A stretch of 64,000 nucleotides of DNA from Vicugna vicugna (lineage: Eukaryota), in contig MU058337.1 in NCBI GenBank assembly GCA_013265495.1, forward strand, positions 6,120,716-6,184,715, read 5' to 3'. The notes below the pieces were generated by a model. The model ran no database searches, had not been told where the DNA came from, and saw nothing but the letters and a program-made list of their open reading frames with translations. The position numbers and the translations under genes are program-made. How positions within the stretch are numbered: position 1 is the stretch's first letter; the number at the start of each line of letters is the position of its first letter. This document shows positions 52,904 through 64,000 of this stretch, in pieces.

Positions 52904-55900
52904 CTCCAGAGCTCCCCAGTGGGATGAGACTGAAGCTACTTTCCTTCTGGAGCCCTTTCCTTGCTTAGATTTTTTTCCCCTGCTCTATTCTGCTTTCGTC
53001 ACTCTTCTCAACTACTACCATCTGCACAAAATCCCTCTTCAGGCTTGGCTTCTAGGAAACCTAAGCACCCCACCTCCATAGAACTGCTTTCACACACTAC
53101 GACTTTCACCAAGTGCCAGGTTAGTAGCAACCAATGAGATAAAAACTATCATTGCATCTTTTGTAAAACAAGTAACAAAGAAGTTTTTTTTACTGGATTG
53201 CTAGTTGCCCTTGTATAATGAATTCCACAAATTCAGTGCTAGGACAATGTTTGTTTATCCTGATCAACGGATGTTCCTCACTATAAGACAGCTTTACAGC
53301 CTACCCCTTCCCTTTTTTCCATAATTGCTATGAAGCTCAAACCAGTTTTTGTCCCCCAAGAAGTATAAATTTGGCCTTTCTCATTTTTACTAAGTGCATT
53401 AATATGGTATAATAAAAGTGCTGAAGTCAGGTCTGAGTTTGAATCCTGGATCCACATCTTAAATGCTGCATGACATTGGGCAACTTACTTAACCTCAGCT
53501 GTAAAAATGAGAATCACTTGAAGATGATTTAAAAATTAAATGTTAACACAGCTTTCCTCCTCCTCTGCCATTTTCAGTAACCCCAGAAACAACTATCAAC
53601 CTGAGAAGGTGGCTTCTGACTATTCCTTTCCCATACCCATTACATGGCACCACAAACAACAGATAAGATCAACCACCCTTCTGTGTTTTATAAATTCATT
53701 CTCATCATTTTAATGTAACCATTGTCTGGATCTCCCTCCCAAGCTTCAGCCTTCTGTATCTCTCAAACACTACCATATCCAGAGGCTTAGGTCAAGGACT
53801 TAAGAATCACTCTTTCTTCTAAGCAACTCAACATGACTCTTGGAATCATCTAACTCTAGATAAATAAATAAATACTATCCTCCAAAAAATAATTTTCTTT
53901 TCCAAATTTCCTTTTTCATCCCTGTTCTCCCATTTACCTGTATGTTTTTAAAACTGGAATCACTTAACTCCCATTCCTTCACTCTCTTGATCAAAAATGT
54001 CACCATCTCTTCCTAGTATTTAAAGAAGGGCTTTGCCAATCACACCTCTGTTCTGAACCTCATAAGAACAGAATAAAATCCAAAAAGCAGATGTATAAAT
54101 ATACAAATGTCCATAAGCATTTTATTATGCCAGAAACTGGTTCCTATAATAATCTTAGAAAACTTCTTTCCCCAGATAATTGTCAGAAATCTATCAGCAT
54201 GTTGGGAAGATTTACCTCCAGGCAATTCCAAAGCATTTAGGTATGCATAAACATTCTTTTCCATGACTAGAAAAGAGAATTACAAATTTTAAGGAGCATA
54301 AAGCTTGTGCATTCAAGCTTTATGAGTCCACCATATAATGAGACCATCAGTCAGACGAGAGATAATTTGTAACTGGAAAAGCAAGGCTTTGGCATCATGC
54401 CATCCAAGGTTCAACTTCTATCTTAGGCAACTGTATCCTTAAGTAAACTACTTACCTGCTCTGAGCACTGTTTCCCCTTTTGAAAATGGGGATTTTTTTT
54501 TTCACCTAGTTATTACAAAGGTAAGAAACAACATATGAAAATCAGGTAACATATAAAAGTTCGATGAACTGTAGTAATTACCACAAGCCCAACACCCTGG
54601 AACCACTGAAAAATATAGGCAGAAGAAAAAAATACTAGGTATTTAAACAGAATGTGTTTAAAAAGCAAATACACAAAACAAATAAGACTAACAGATGAAC
54701 TCTGCATGTATCCTAAAAGCAAAAAACTATTAGACTAGCTAAAAAAATGGTGAGAATTCTCTAGACTAGAGTCTAGAGTTAGCAATCTGCTTTCCAAGCA
54801 ATCAAATGGTTTGAGGGTTCGGGCATGTGGAATGGGAGAAATAAAATCTTCAAAAGGTTTGGCTTCAAACATAGAATTGATGGAGTACATTTCAAGTTCA
54901 TGGAAGAGAAATATGGAGAGAAGCTAAGCAGCAGCTCAAGTACCCGTAAGGTGAGAGTGATCTTCAGAGCTTCTTCCAAGCTCCAGGAGGAATTCTTTAC
55001 TGGCACAAATGTAACTCTCTACTCCAGTCAGTACTGCCACACATTCAGCAACTACTTTGTCCAACACTGTACTAAGGAAACAGAAATAGACAAGATGCAG
55101 TCTCTGCCAACACATTAAAAGGATGAAACTGGGCAAGAAAAATCAAAGCTTTTATGTACAGTAAGTGTACAGCAGTAAATACAGTAACAACTTCCCTCTC
55201 TCAGCGTCTCCACTCTAAAATATGGCAGTGGGATCCCTCCCAACTCCAACAGGAATAAGTTTCCCATGAAGACCAAACCTGACAGCACAGTTGTACAAGG
55301 CCCAGCATTGTCTGACTCCTACCTCCCTCCCCAGCACCACCTAATCTCGATACCAAAGCCTCAGTAGGCTTTTTTCAGTTCTTCTATCTTGTCGTTCCCT
55401 CTGGCCTAGAACTGTTGCATCTGTTGCTCTCTCACATATAACACTCACCTCTTCTCTCTTTGCCTAGAAAAGATTCACTTTGTTCTTTAAAACTTGTTTC
55501 AATTTTCACTTCCAAAGGAAAACACTCCCTTACTATAAGCATAATTTGAGCAAGTCACATAACACATTGTGCCTCAATTTCTTCATCTGTAAATGGGGAT
55601 TTTTATGGCTGTTGTGAGGACTGAATAAATTAATTCAAGCAGAGCACCAGAACAGTATCTAAAACAAAGAGCTCTAAATATTGACTTGGTAAAATCCCTC
55701 CATTTTATTTTCAAAGCACAAGGACCTCTCCCTTAACAGCATTTTACACTTGTTTGTCTCCCTAATAAGACTAAAACTTCTAAGAGAACAGAAACAATAT
55801 TCACTCCCTAGAGATGGAACACAGGAAGTAGTCAATAAAGCTTTGTTGAGGGAAAAGAAATTGCTGGAAAAAAGCTGAGGCCCAAAGGTGACTTGTCTAA

Positions 55901-56779
55901 TATACAAAATTTCACCTGTGGGACTCCAAAGTCCGTGCTACAGCATGCTGCCTCCTCCGTTAAACGCGTTAAGTCTTGCAACTGCAAGTGATATGGCCAA
56001 AAAAATTAAAAATTATAAAGAGCAATAAAGTTTAAGAAACAATCATGTGCTGACACGAAGAACACTGGGTTGAGACAGATTCTGAGGTTGACACTAAGCT
56101 AATACATGTGCAAACTTATGCTCACTTACATGATGAGCTCCAGCTCCCACATTTCTCACCTGGGTCTCAATTCCCTTTTCTTTAAGAGTAGGATGGGCCA
56201 TCTCTAAAGTGTCCTCCAATTCTAAAGTTCAATGACAATAAATCAAATTATGTGCCAATTTTCTGAAGATTTTATTTTTAAAAAAGGAAGTTTAAAAAGC
56301 AGACTGAATAACAGGTGATTTTCAGAGAAATCTTATAAGAATTTGTTCAAGTGACTTAAACCCTATTAATAAAGCTAGGTTGTCTTCGTTCAGAAATTGC
56401 AAGGGACTCCATGTTGAAGAGAAAAAATGTTAAAAGCCACACATACAAACATTCCAACGTATAAGTCAAAGCTGCCACCTGGACATACTAAACAGTGGGG
56501 AGATGTGTTTAGAGCAGCACAAACACCAGGCTAACCACTACATAGAAAAGAGAAACTGACAGGACGCATATACAGTACACCGTGGTGTAACACAATTAAA
56601 ACAGGCTCTCAAGTATAAAAGGTAGCAGCATTCCTAACACTGTATGACCCTTTAAAAGGTGAGATAAAATCACAACTCCAACTCTACTTCAGTGTCCCTT
56701 CAAAGCAGAAAAGAGGCAAGAGAAAATGGAAACTATAAGGACCCTTAAAAATACACCTGGAAAGCTCAAGACGAAGAGA

Positions 56780-57610
56780 AAACCTCGTGGCACGAGAATG
56801 GGAGCACGGGAAATGCAGGTACATTTCGGCCAGGTGGCTGTCAGCCGCTCCCAAGAAGGCAGACAACACACGCCTGCAGGCTCCTTGGGCCGCTCCGCCC
56901 TCCATGATCCTCGGAGTAACGGCTGCGGCGAGGGAATCCTGGTCTGCCCCGCTTCAGCGCGAGCTCCCGAAAAAGAGGGAGTGAGGGGTGCGGATTCACG
57001 CGGAACCCGGGCCCCGGAGGTCGCCCGGGCATCGCCGGGGCACTCTCAGTAGCACTGGCCACCGCCAGGCGGTGCGGGACTGGGAGCCCAGCGAAGCCCA
57101 GACCCACCGGGAGTCCCTTTGCTCCTCACCTTCAGGGTCCACAGAGCCGCGCTCCACATCAGCGGCTTCGGCGACCACCGTCTGGGCTTTCCTGCTGCGA
57201 CCAGCGCGGCCACACCAACCCAGAGCCCCGCCATTGCAGCCCCTGCCTACCAGCGCTCCGCTGACCTCTCACCCCGCCGAAGTGGGTGGAGAACGGGAGC
57301 GCCAAGGCTTTAGCCAATTACGAGCCAGAGACCCTTGGCCCCGCCTCCGCCGCAGGGAGGCAGCGAGCGCGAGTGGGACTCGCCAAACGCCGGGAGCTGG
57401 GAGCCTGAGCAGGCGCGCGCTGTTCTCTGGAGGGAGGCGGCGGGGCCGCCGGCCAGGAGCCAGCTGGGGACTGCTGGCCTGACCCAAACCTGGGAATGTG
57501 CGAGGCAGGGAAGACAAGCGCCTGCTTGGGGTAAACCTCGGACTGCAGCAGAGTCCACGTAGCAACCATCATGCAGCCTGGCCAGTGAACGTCAGTGAGT
57601 CACCTCCGCC
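56780..57610. promoter_or_regulatory. CpG island / PCCA promoter
   Basis: GC- and CpG-rich block around exon 1 in an AT-rich background. CCAAT at 57314-57318, GC box GGCCCCGCCTCC at 57337-57348, no obvious TATA box, AP-1-like TGAGTCA at 57596-57602. Confidence 0.88.
57130..57234 (-). CDS. PCCA: PCCA coding exon 1 (mitochondrial transit peptide), 105 nt
   Basis: Encodes [35 protein letters not shown], similar to human [35 protein letters not shown]. ATG is in strong Kozak context (GCAATGG). Donor AAG|GTGAGG. Lies in a CpG island. Confidence 0.96.
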
Positions 57611-58615
57611 CCATGACCTCAGCCCAGTGTCCTAAATTCCAGGCTTGTACCCAAACTCTAATCCTGTATGTTTGAATGCATAAGCTGCAAAGCACCAAAC
57701 CAAGATAAGGTTTTGCACAAGTGTGACAACACAGAAAACTCTAGGTCTAGAAATCAGAGATCTCAGCTCACGCCTTATTCTGCCACAGATACTAATATCT
57801 GCGTGTCAGAGGAATGAGCAATAACTAGAGTCAATTCCTGTTACTTGTAAGCAGGTGCCCTTGTTAATACAATTACTAAGGGCCAGATCTTGCGCTAGAT
57901 GCTTCAAATTTTGTCTCATTTAATCTTTACAATAATTGTATTGGCCTATACATGTCCTAATTTGAGAAAATGAATTTATAGAGAGGTAAAGTCACTCAGC
58001 TAGTAAGTAGTGAAACTAGGATTTGAACCCAATTCTGGCTGTCTTCAGGGACTGGATTTTTGTTTTATTTTGGACATACACAAGGGAGAAAATAGTCTTA
58101 TCAGTCAGGTACCCATAACACAGATTCAACAAATCAACATTTTGTCAATCTTGTTTCATCTATTCCTCCTGCATATCTTTTGGTGAGTATTTTGAAGCAA
58201 ATCTCAGACATCAAATCCTCTCACCTATAAATATGCCACCAGGGGCTCTGCTTGTAACTATTTTCCTTCTCCTACAGAGTCAACTTGAGAGAGAAAGTTA
58301 AGAATGACCTAGAATGTGTCACAGCATGGGAAATACCAAAAGAGATAAAACCAATATGCTTGGGGATAGCTGAGAGGTGACATTTAATGGAATTTTAAAA
58401 AGTAAGTATAAAGTTTTATGACACAGAATAAAAAGGAATATCAGTTTCACAGGATTTCTCACCTAATTATCTAAGGCTGGACTCATTTCCTACCCAGGAA
58501 ACCTGCTTTTCTTTTTTTTTTTTTTCTTTTTCTTCTTCCCATTTTTATCGTTTGGATTGGTTCTCCTTAGATCCTGTCTGTTTTGTCTTAAAGAAGTTAT
58601 TTTATTGAAAGGCAC

Positions 58616-58721
58616 AAGTGGTAGAGCACAACGTCCTAGATTCAACCCTCAGTACCTCCTCTGAACATAAATAAATAAATCTAATTACCTCCCCCAACTT
58701 AAAAAAAAAAAAAAGAAGAAA
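58616..58721 (+). mobile_element. 5'-truncated tRNA-derived SINE (Vic-1-like)
   Basis: AAGTGGTAGAGC...GATTCAACCCTCAGTACCTCC...TAAATAAATAAATCTAATTACCTCCCC plus A-tail. TSD GAAAGGCAC at 58607-58615 and 58722-58730. Confidence 0.8.
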
Positions 58722-58731
58722 GAAAGGCACT

Positions 58732-59212
58732 TGTGGCAGAAACTACTTGTCCCATGATATCTACTCTTCACTCTTTCCTTTAGTAAGAAAGCTCTTGGGT
58801 TTTAGCTGAGCACACGGCCACCCAACTAAAGGCTGCACTATCCATCCTCCCTTACATCAAGGGTAGACATATGGCTAAGGTCTGGCTTCTAGAATATAAA
58901 GACTGTGTCCTTAAAAAGAGTAAGGGCATGCCTTCCATCTCCTATTCTCTCCTTCCTGAAAGAAGACATACTGGTGGGTCCTGGAGCAGCCATCTTAACT
59001 CACAAGATAGGAGCCCCAGGGAGCCCCATGTTGAAGACAGCAGAGCAATAAGATAGGGAGTCAATGTCCCTGACACTGTGGAGCCCTCTTATCAGCCTTC
59101 TACTGCTTAATGCATTGACTGTTACCAGACAGAGAAATAAGCTTTTATCCTGTTTAAATCATTGTTACTTCTGCCTTTACTACAGCAGCCAAAACTGTAT
59201 CCTAACCAACTC
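58732..59212. mobile_element. MLT1 (MLT1J-like) MaLR LTR
   Basis: Starts TGTGGCAGA, contains TTAGCTGAGCACACGGCCACCCA, ends near TACAGCAGCCAAAACTGTATCCTAAC. Similar to 60521-61002. Confidence 0.7.
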
Positions 59213-60520
59213 ATAGTTTTGTTTCCAGAAGTGGGGTGTTGACATTATGAAACCTGAAATATGTGGTGATAACTTAAGTGACAACTCCAAACTAGCAAAC
59301 CAGAAGCTGAAAAGCTGATGACACTTGTTTTGTCACGGTACCTCTTTGGTAAAGTGGTCACTTTCAAAGTCTTACTGACTTTCAAAGACAATATTGTTAT
59401 CCCTTTCTCTGATACAGTCTGTAATTCTAATACAGAGTTTTCAACAGAGTATAATAGGCTTTTTTTTTTAATTGGCATTTTTGAGCTGAATAGTTCTCAC
59501 TTGTTTGAGCTATGCCACACATTTCGGAATGTTTATCATCTCTAAAAGCTACCTCCTGTTACCAGAGTTTGAAAACAGTTGTTTCAGATATTTTGTCCAA
59601 TTTTCTGTTTATCTGTAGCAGGAGGGAACTAGTTACTCCATCTGGAACCAGTCTGGAACCAGTTACTCATGTCATGGCTAGAAATCGTAAGTCTCTCAGA
59701 ATTCTGAAAGCATTTTACATCATCTTCTAGCTTCCAGGGTTGCTCTTGAGAAGTCAAATGCCAGTCTTACCTGTGATCCTTCATATCTTATTACAAGATA
59801 CTGCCCCACTGTTTGGTGGTAGGTATGAAGTAGAGGGAAGATGGGGTGGAAATCAAGCAAGCATGAGCAGCCACTTGCTCAGCAAATAGCAAGACTACAC
59901 TCCACCTAGAGATCCTGAACTTTGAGCCCACATACATATATTTGGCTCTCTTTCAGTGGGAGCACTTGCAGAGTAAATAAGCTGGATTGGAAATTAACGT
60001 TTCTCCAAATCCTCTTCCCTGTATGGTTCCTGGTTAGAGTTAACCAAAAGAAGATCTTATATAAGATATTTAGAAAGCAGGAGTGAAGCCACAGCCGTAA
60101 CTCCCAAGTTGTTACCATAGGATAAGTAACATAGTTTCCTGGGAGACCATCCTCAGTCTCCACTCTACATCCAGCTTGTTTTTGCCAACTGCTAGCCCTG
60201 CTGACCACCAGCAACCCCAGCCCCACCACCAGACACTTGATTGCAGACCCACAGAAGCGGGAGCTGTCCAGAAGCAACTGCTTCTTACTGACCCTCCATG
60301 AGAGCCTTCCTTGCATTCCTATCTGGCAGCCAGACATGCTTGGCTTACCAGACACTGGCTTGGAACTGACACTAATCCCTAGGGACCGAAAATGCTATTG
60401 TGTTCCACCAGCAAAAGTAGAGTCTTACGGAGGCCCACTTCCCTGACTGAATCCTGACTGGTACACTAGGTGAAAAGGGGAGAAGTCATGCAGCATGATT
60501 TGAGTGATGAAGGGGTGGAC

Positions 60521-61002
60521 TGTGGCAGAGACTGCTGGTTGTCCCCTAATATCCATCTTCCTCTTGCTTCTTTAGTAAAGGAACTTTCACTTTAACTGAG
60601 TACATGGCACTCAGGGAAGAATCACTTGCCAGCTTCCATCACAGCAAGACTGGCTTAGTTACTAAGTTCTGGCCAATGGGATGTAAGCGCAAGTGACAAG
60701 GGTAACTTTGGGGCTGCCCTTCCACTTTTCCTTCTCCTCCCAGCTTGCGAGATCATGGGCATAATGTTGGGGGCAAAGTTGTCATCTTAGATGATAAGAA
60801 CGAAGTTAGGTGTTGAGAAAGGCAAAACAGTATTCAAGGATCCCCTAGGTACTGACACTATGGAGCTGCCATATCAGCCCTAGGATGATTGGCTCAGATT
60901 TTTATGCAAAAGAGAAAAACACTGTATCTTATTTAAGTTACTGTGTTTTATTTTGTTTTGTTTTGCCTTTGTTACAGTAGCCAAGTGTGTACCTTAACTA
61001 AT
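60521..61002. mobile_element. MLT1 (MLT1J-like) MaLR LTR
   Basis: TGTGGCAGAGACTGCTGG...ACTAAGTTCTGGCCAATGGGATGTAAGC...GTTACAGTAGCCAA. Confidence 0.75.
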
Positions 61003-61077
61003 AGGGCACAACTCTATACCTTTACCCTCACCATTTAAAATTACAGATTATAAGGAAAACGCCTTAGGAAGTTGAGG

Positions 61078-61473
61078 ACATGGCAGGGACTGGCTCACTG
61101 CTCTCCAAACCTGTTCACTTTTCTTTCTGAGCACACTGCTCTGCAACATCCCCTATCCTCCTTCACAGCTAGATGTGGTAACATAGCTGCATTGTGACCA
61201 ATGGAATGTGAGTGGAAGTAAAACACACCAACATTGTAGGCATGGCTCATAAAACCTTGCATGCAATCCTTCACATCCTCTCTGTCTTTTCTCATCTGCT
61301 GAGACTCATGCAGGCACCAGATGGAAGAAGATTTGGTATCTGAATGACTAAGTAATCCAGATCCTTCTTGCCTTCCTGCATTGAACTGTGACATGAACAA
61401 GAAATAATTTTTTTTATTTTCTTAGGCTACTGATATTGGGGAATACTATGGCAGTTAGTCTACCCAGCCTAAT
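61078..61473. mobile_element. MLT1-type MaLR LTR
   Basis: TCCTTCACAGCTAGATGTGG...GACCAATGGAATGTGAGTGGAAGT...GTGACATGAACAAGAAATAA. Confidence 0.65.
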
Positions 61474-61834
61474 AGAGGATTAGTAGAGGAAAGGTAAGTA
61501 TACTAAAAAGGACTTTTGTACATATTGGAAGGAAAAGGTAACACTTAAGAGCAAAGGAGATTCTTCTTTTCTCAAAATAGAATGAAAGAATGTTTAATAC
61601 TAAAATATACAATTCATAAATTTTGACAATGAAGAACTCTTGAAAATGAAAGTGTTAAAAATATTTTTCACTATTATTATAAGTAAATTAGACCACTGCT
61701 TAAAAACTTTATCAGAATAAAAATATACATTAAAAATATCAAGAGTAGTATTTGCCTTTATATAACAACCAAGGTATCTAAAAATGTGGCAAGGGTTTCT
61801 TCTTAAAGAATTCAGTATTGGAGTATGCTCCAGA

Positions 61835-62110
61835 GAAGGGGCTGGCAAACCTTTTCCATATAAGAGACAGATACTAAATATTTCAGACTTTAAAAGCCAC
61901 ATCTCAGGGCAGGGGTGGAGGAGGGTATAGCTCAAGTGGTAGAGTGCATGCTTAGCATACACAAGGTCCTGGGTTCAATCCCCAGTACGTCCTCCATAAA
62001 TAAATAAGTAAACCTAATTACCTACTCCCCGCCCCTGCAAAAAAGCCACATCTCTGTTGCATATTCATTTTGTTTCTTTAACAACCCTTTCAAAATGTAA
62101 AAACCTGCTA
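61835..62110. mobile_element. MER58-family element interrupted by a SINE
   Basis: GGGGCTGGCAAACCTTTTCCA...TAAATATTTCAGACTT, then resumes TGTTGCATATTC...AAAATGTAAAAACC. Confidence 0.65.
61906..62040 (+). mobile_element. Full-length tRNA-derived SINE (camelid Vic-1-like)
   Basis: Pol III A box (TAGCTCAAGTGG) and B box (GGTTCAATCCC), followed by a non-tRNA tail TAAATAAATAAGTAAACCTAATTACC. Perfect 14-bp TSD AAAAGCCACATCTC at 61892-61905 and 62041-62054. Confidence 0.9.
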
Positions 62111-62244
62111 GGCAGAGTCTAGGAACAAGAACCAGCTGGGCAACCCTTTGTTTTGTGATAAGATCAACTCTTACCTTCCATTTCTTACACATCTGTGATA
62201 TGATAAATTCTACTATCAGTTTCTGCGTTTATTACAACAGGAAC

Positions 62245-62605
62245 TATCTTAGTTCAGACTGCTTTAACTAGTATACCATAGGCTGTGTGGCTTAAACAAT
62301 AAATATTTATTTCTCACCATTCTGGGCATTAGTGTCAAGTCACGTTGCTAGAAGCCCAGTGTCTGCTGGGGGCCACTTCCTGGTTTGCAGATGGCATCTT
62401 TTCCTTGTATCCTCACATGGTAGAAAGCCAGAGAGAGAGGAGGGACGCAAACTCTCTCGTGTGTAAGAGCACTAATCCCATTCATGAGGAATCCACTCTT
62501 ATAACCTAATGACCTCTCAAAGGACCCACCTCCAAATACCATCATACAAGGGATTAGGCTTCAATATATGGATTTGGGAGGGACACAAACATTCAGTCCA
62601 TAGCA
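62245..62605 (-). mobile_element. MLT1A-like MaLR solo LTR
   Basis: GGCTTAAACAATAAATATTTATTTCTCAC...GGACACAAACATTCAGTCCATAGCA. 5-bp TSD GGAAC at 62240-62244 and 62606-62610. Confidence 0.85.
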
Positions 62606-63831
62606 GGAACCTGTGGGGTAGCAGTAGGGGCTTCCAGCTATTAGAGGAAGCAGTGGCAGAAATTCTGGCATCCAGCACCCAGGTACAATGTCCATGCTGA
62701 GCCCAGGTGGCAGTGGAGTCTTTCCTGGGATCCTATAGGAGCACTGAGCCATGTTTTCCTGGTTGTGTATCCTCCAAGTTGACTCTTAAGCCCTCTGCAG
62801 ATCTTGTGAGTTAATGTTCCTTACTTAATACATTCCATCTCTATTTAAACTAGCTAGGGTCTGTTGTTTATACATAAGAACTTAAAGATATAGATGCTTA
62901 CTGATGAATTAATTCACCATCACCAATTCAATAGTGTATATGTACTAACACTAAAACCAGAGCTGTCTTTGTTCAATAAAAGTTTATCGAGATTTTTTTG
63001 TCCCAGTTAATGTAACAGAAGCATAAAAATGTGATTTCTTTCCTCAGGGAGTTTAAATTTCTCTAGAGAGTCAAAAGTAGCACACTGGAAACAAACAACA
63101 AGTATCAAACTGTATATCACTATACCTAAACCCACCTCAAAACAGCCCATGAGATGCTGCCATGCCCAGATCTTTTTCTTAGAATAGCAAACATAAAAGA
63201 GTCCTTAAGCTTTAAGTAGCCATACTTTGTGTCAACCTCATTCTGGCCACAATTTAGTAGCCCAAGAATATGGAAGATCTTGAGGAAATTTTCCAATATG
63301 CTTGAGACCCTGGCACCTATTCATAACAATTTTTATTCTCACGGGAACAAATTAGTAATAGTTTATGACCACTGTCTTTAAGCAAAGTATACCAAAGTCC
63401 CCCAACCCTTTCATATCTGCAGTGACAGAACAAGTAACTTTTGTAAATATGTTACAACAACAGATTCAGGAAACTTCCTTGCTTACTCTTCCTAATATAG
63501 ATTAAGGATAAACTTGGCTGTATCCTAAAAGATCAAAAGAGCTAAAAAGAATCAATTTCTGGCTCAGATGAAAAAGCAAAAGTAGATAAAATAATAACAA
63601 TTAATATTTATTGAATGTTCTATGCCAGAGACTGTTCTAAGTCATCAAAATGTAATCTTAATCCTTACAAGTCGATAGGATGGATATTATTATTACCCTC
63701 TTTTTACAGGTAAGCCAGTTAAACAGTTTGCCCAAGATGAACAATTAATAAGTGGCAGAGCCTGGATAATGAACCTAGGCGGTGTAAGTCCAGAGCAAAT
63801 ATACTCTGCTATACTGCCTCAGTATACAGGT

Positions 63832-64000
63832 ATACCAAAAGTTGCAGGATACAAAATCAATATACAAAGATCTGTTGCAATTCTATACACTAATAATGAA
63901 CTATCAGAAAGAGAAATTAAGAAAACAATCCTATTTACAATTACATCAAAAATAATAAAATACATAGGAATAAATCTAATCAAGGAGGTGAAAGACCTGT
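63832..64000 (+). mobile_element. L1 ORF2 (RT region) fragment running off the window
   Basis: AAAGTTGCAGGATACAAAATCAATATACAAAGATCTGTTGCA translates as [14 protein letters not shown]. Confidence 0.85.

Larger units (their letters stand above)
52150..53070 (+). mobile_element. LTR16-like ERVL LTR interrupted by MER33 and MER5A
   Basis: Starts TGTAGCAGATGC. Resumes after the DNA elements with CCAGAGCTCCCCAGTGGGAT and ends near GGCTTCTAGGAAACCTAAG. Confidence 0.55.

Noticed and set aside
56684..57572. Multiple overlapping ORFs up to 164 aa around exon 1
   Set aside because: Stop-poor CpG island sequence. Only the PCCA exon 1 frame has homology and a splice donor.
61916..61990. tRNA gene
   Set aside because: It has A and B boxes, but also a SINE tail, a 14-bp TSD and a related decayed copy at 58.6 kb, so it is a SINE.

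Overview
Mammalian genomic DNA, probably a camelid: it carries tRNA-derived SINEs of the camelid Vic-1 type, and I saw no Alu, Bov-tA/BovB, PRE-1 or SINEC. The window holds the 5' end of PCCA (propionyl-CoA carboxylase alpha chain) on the minus strand: a CpG-island promoter near 57.3 kb and coding exons 1-6 (105, 78, 48, 69, 114 and 54 nt, all GT-AG, all phase 0). The gene continues past position 1. The rest is intron and upstream sequence rich in LINE-1, MER DNA transposons, ERVL/MaLR LTRs, MIR/L2 and SINEs. The most notable item is a 2.86-kb lineage-specific L1 in intron 4. It keeps its 5'UTR and ORF1 but jumps straight to the last ~122 codons of ORF2, at a junction that looks like a splice junction. 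Its 5'UTR also offers a 114-nt, in-frame, stop-free cryptic exon on the PCCA strand. Repeat family names come from recall of consensus sequences, not from a database search.
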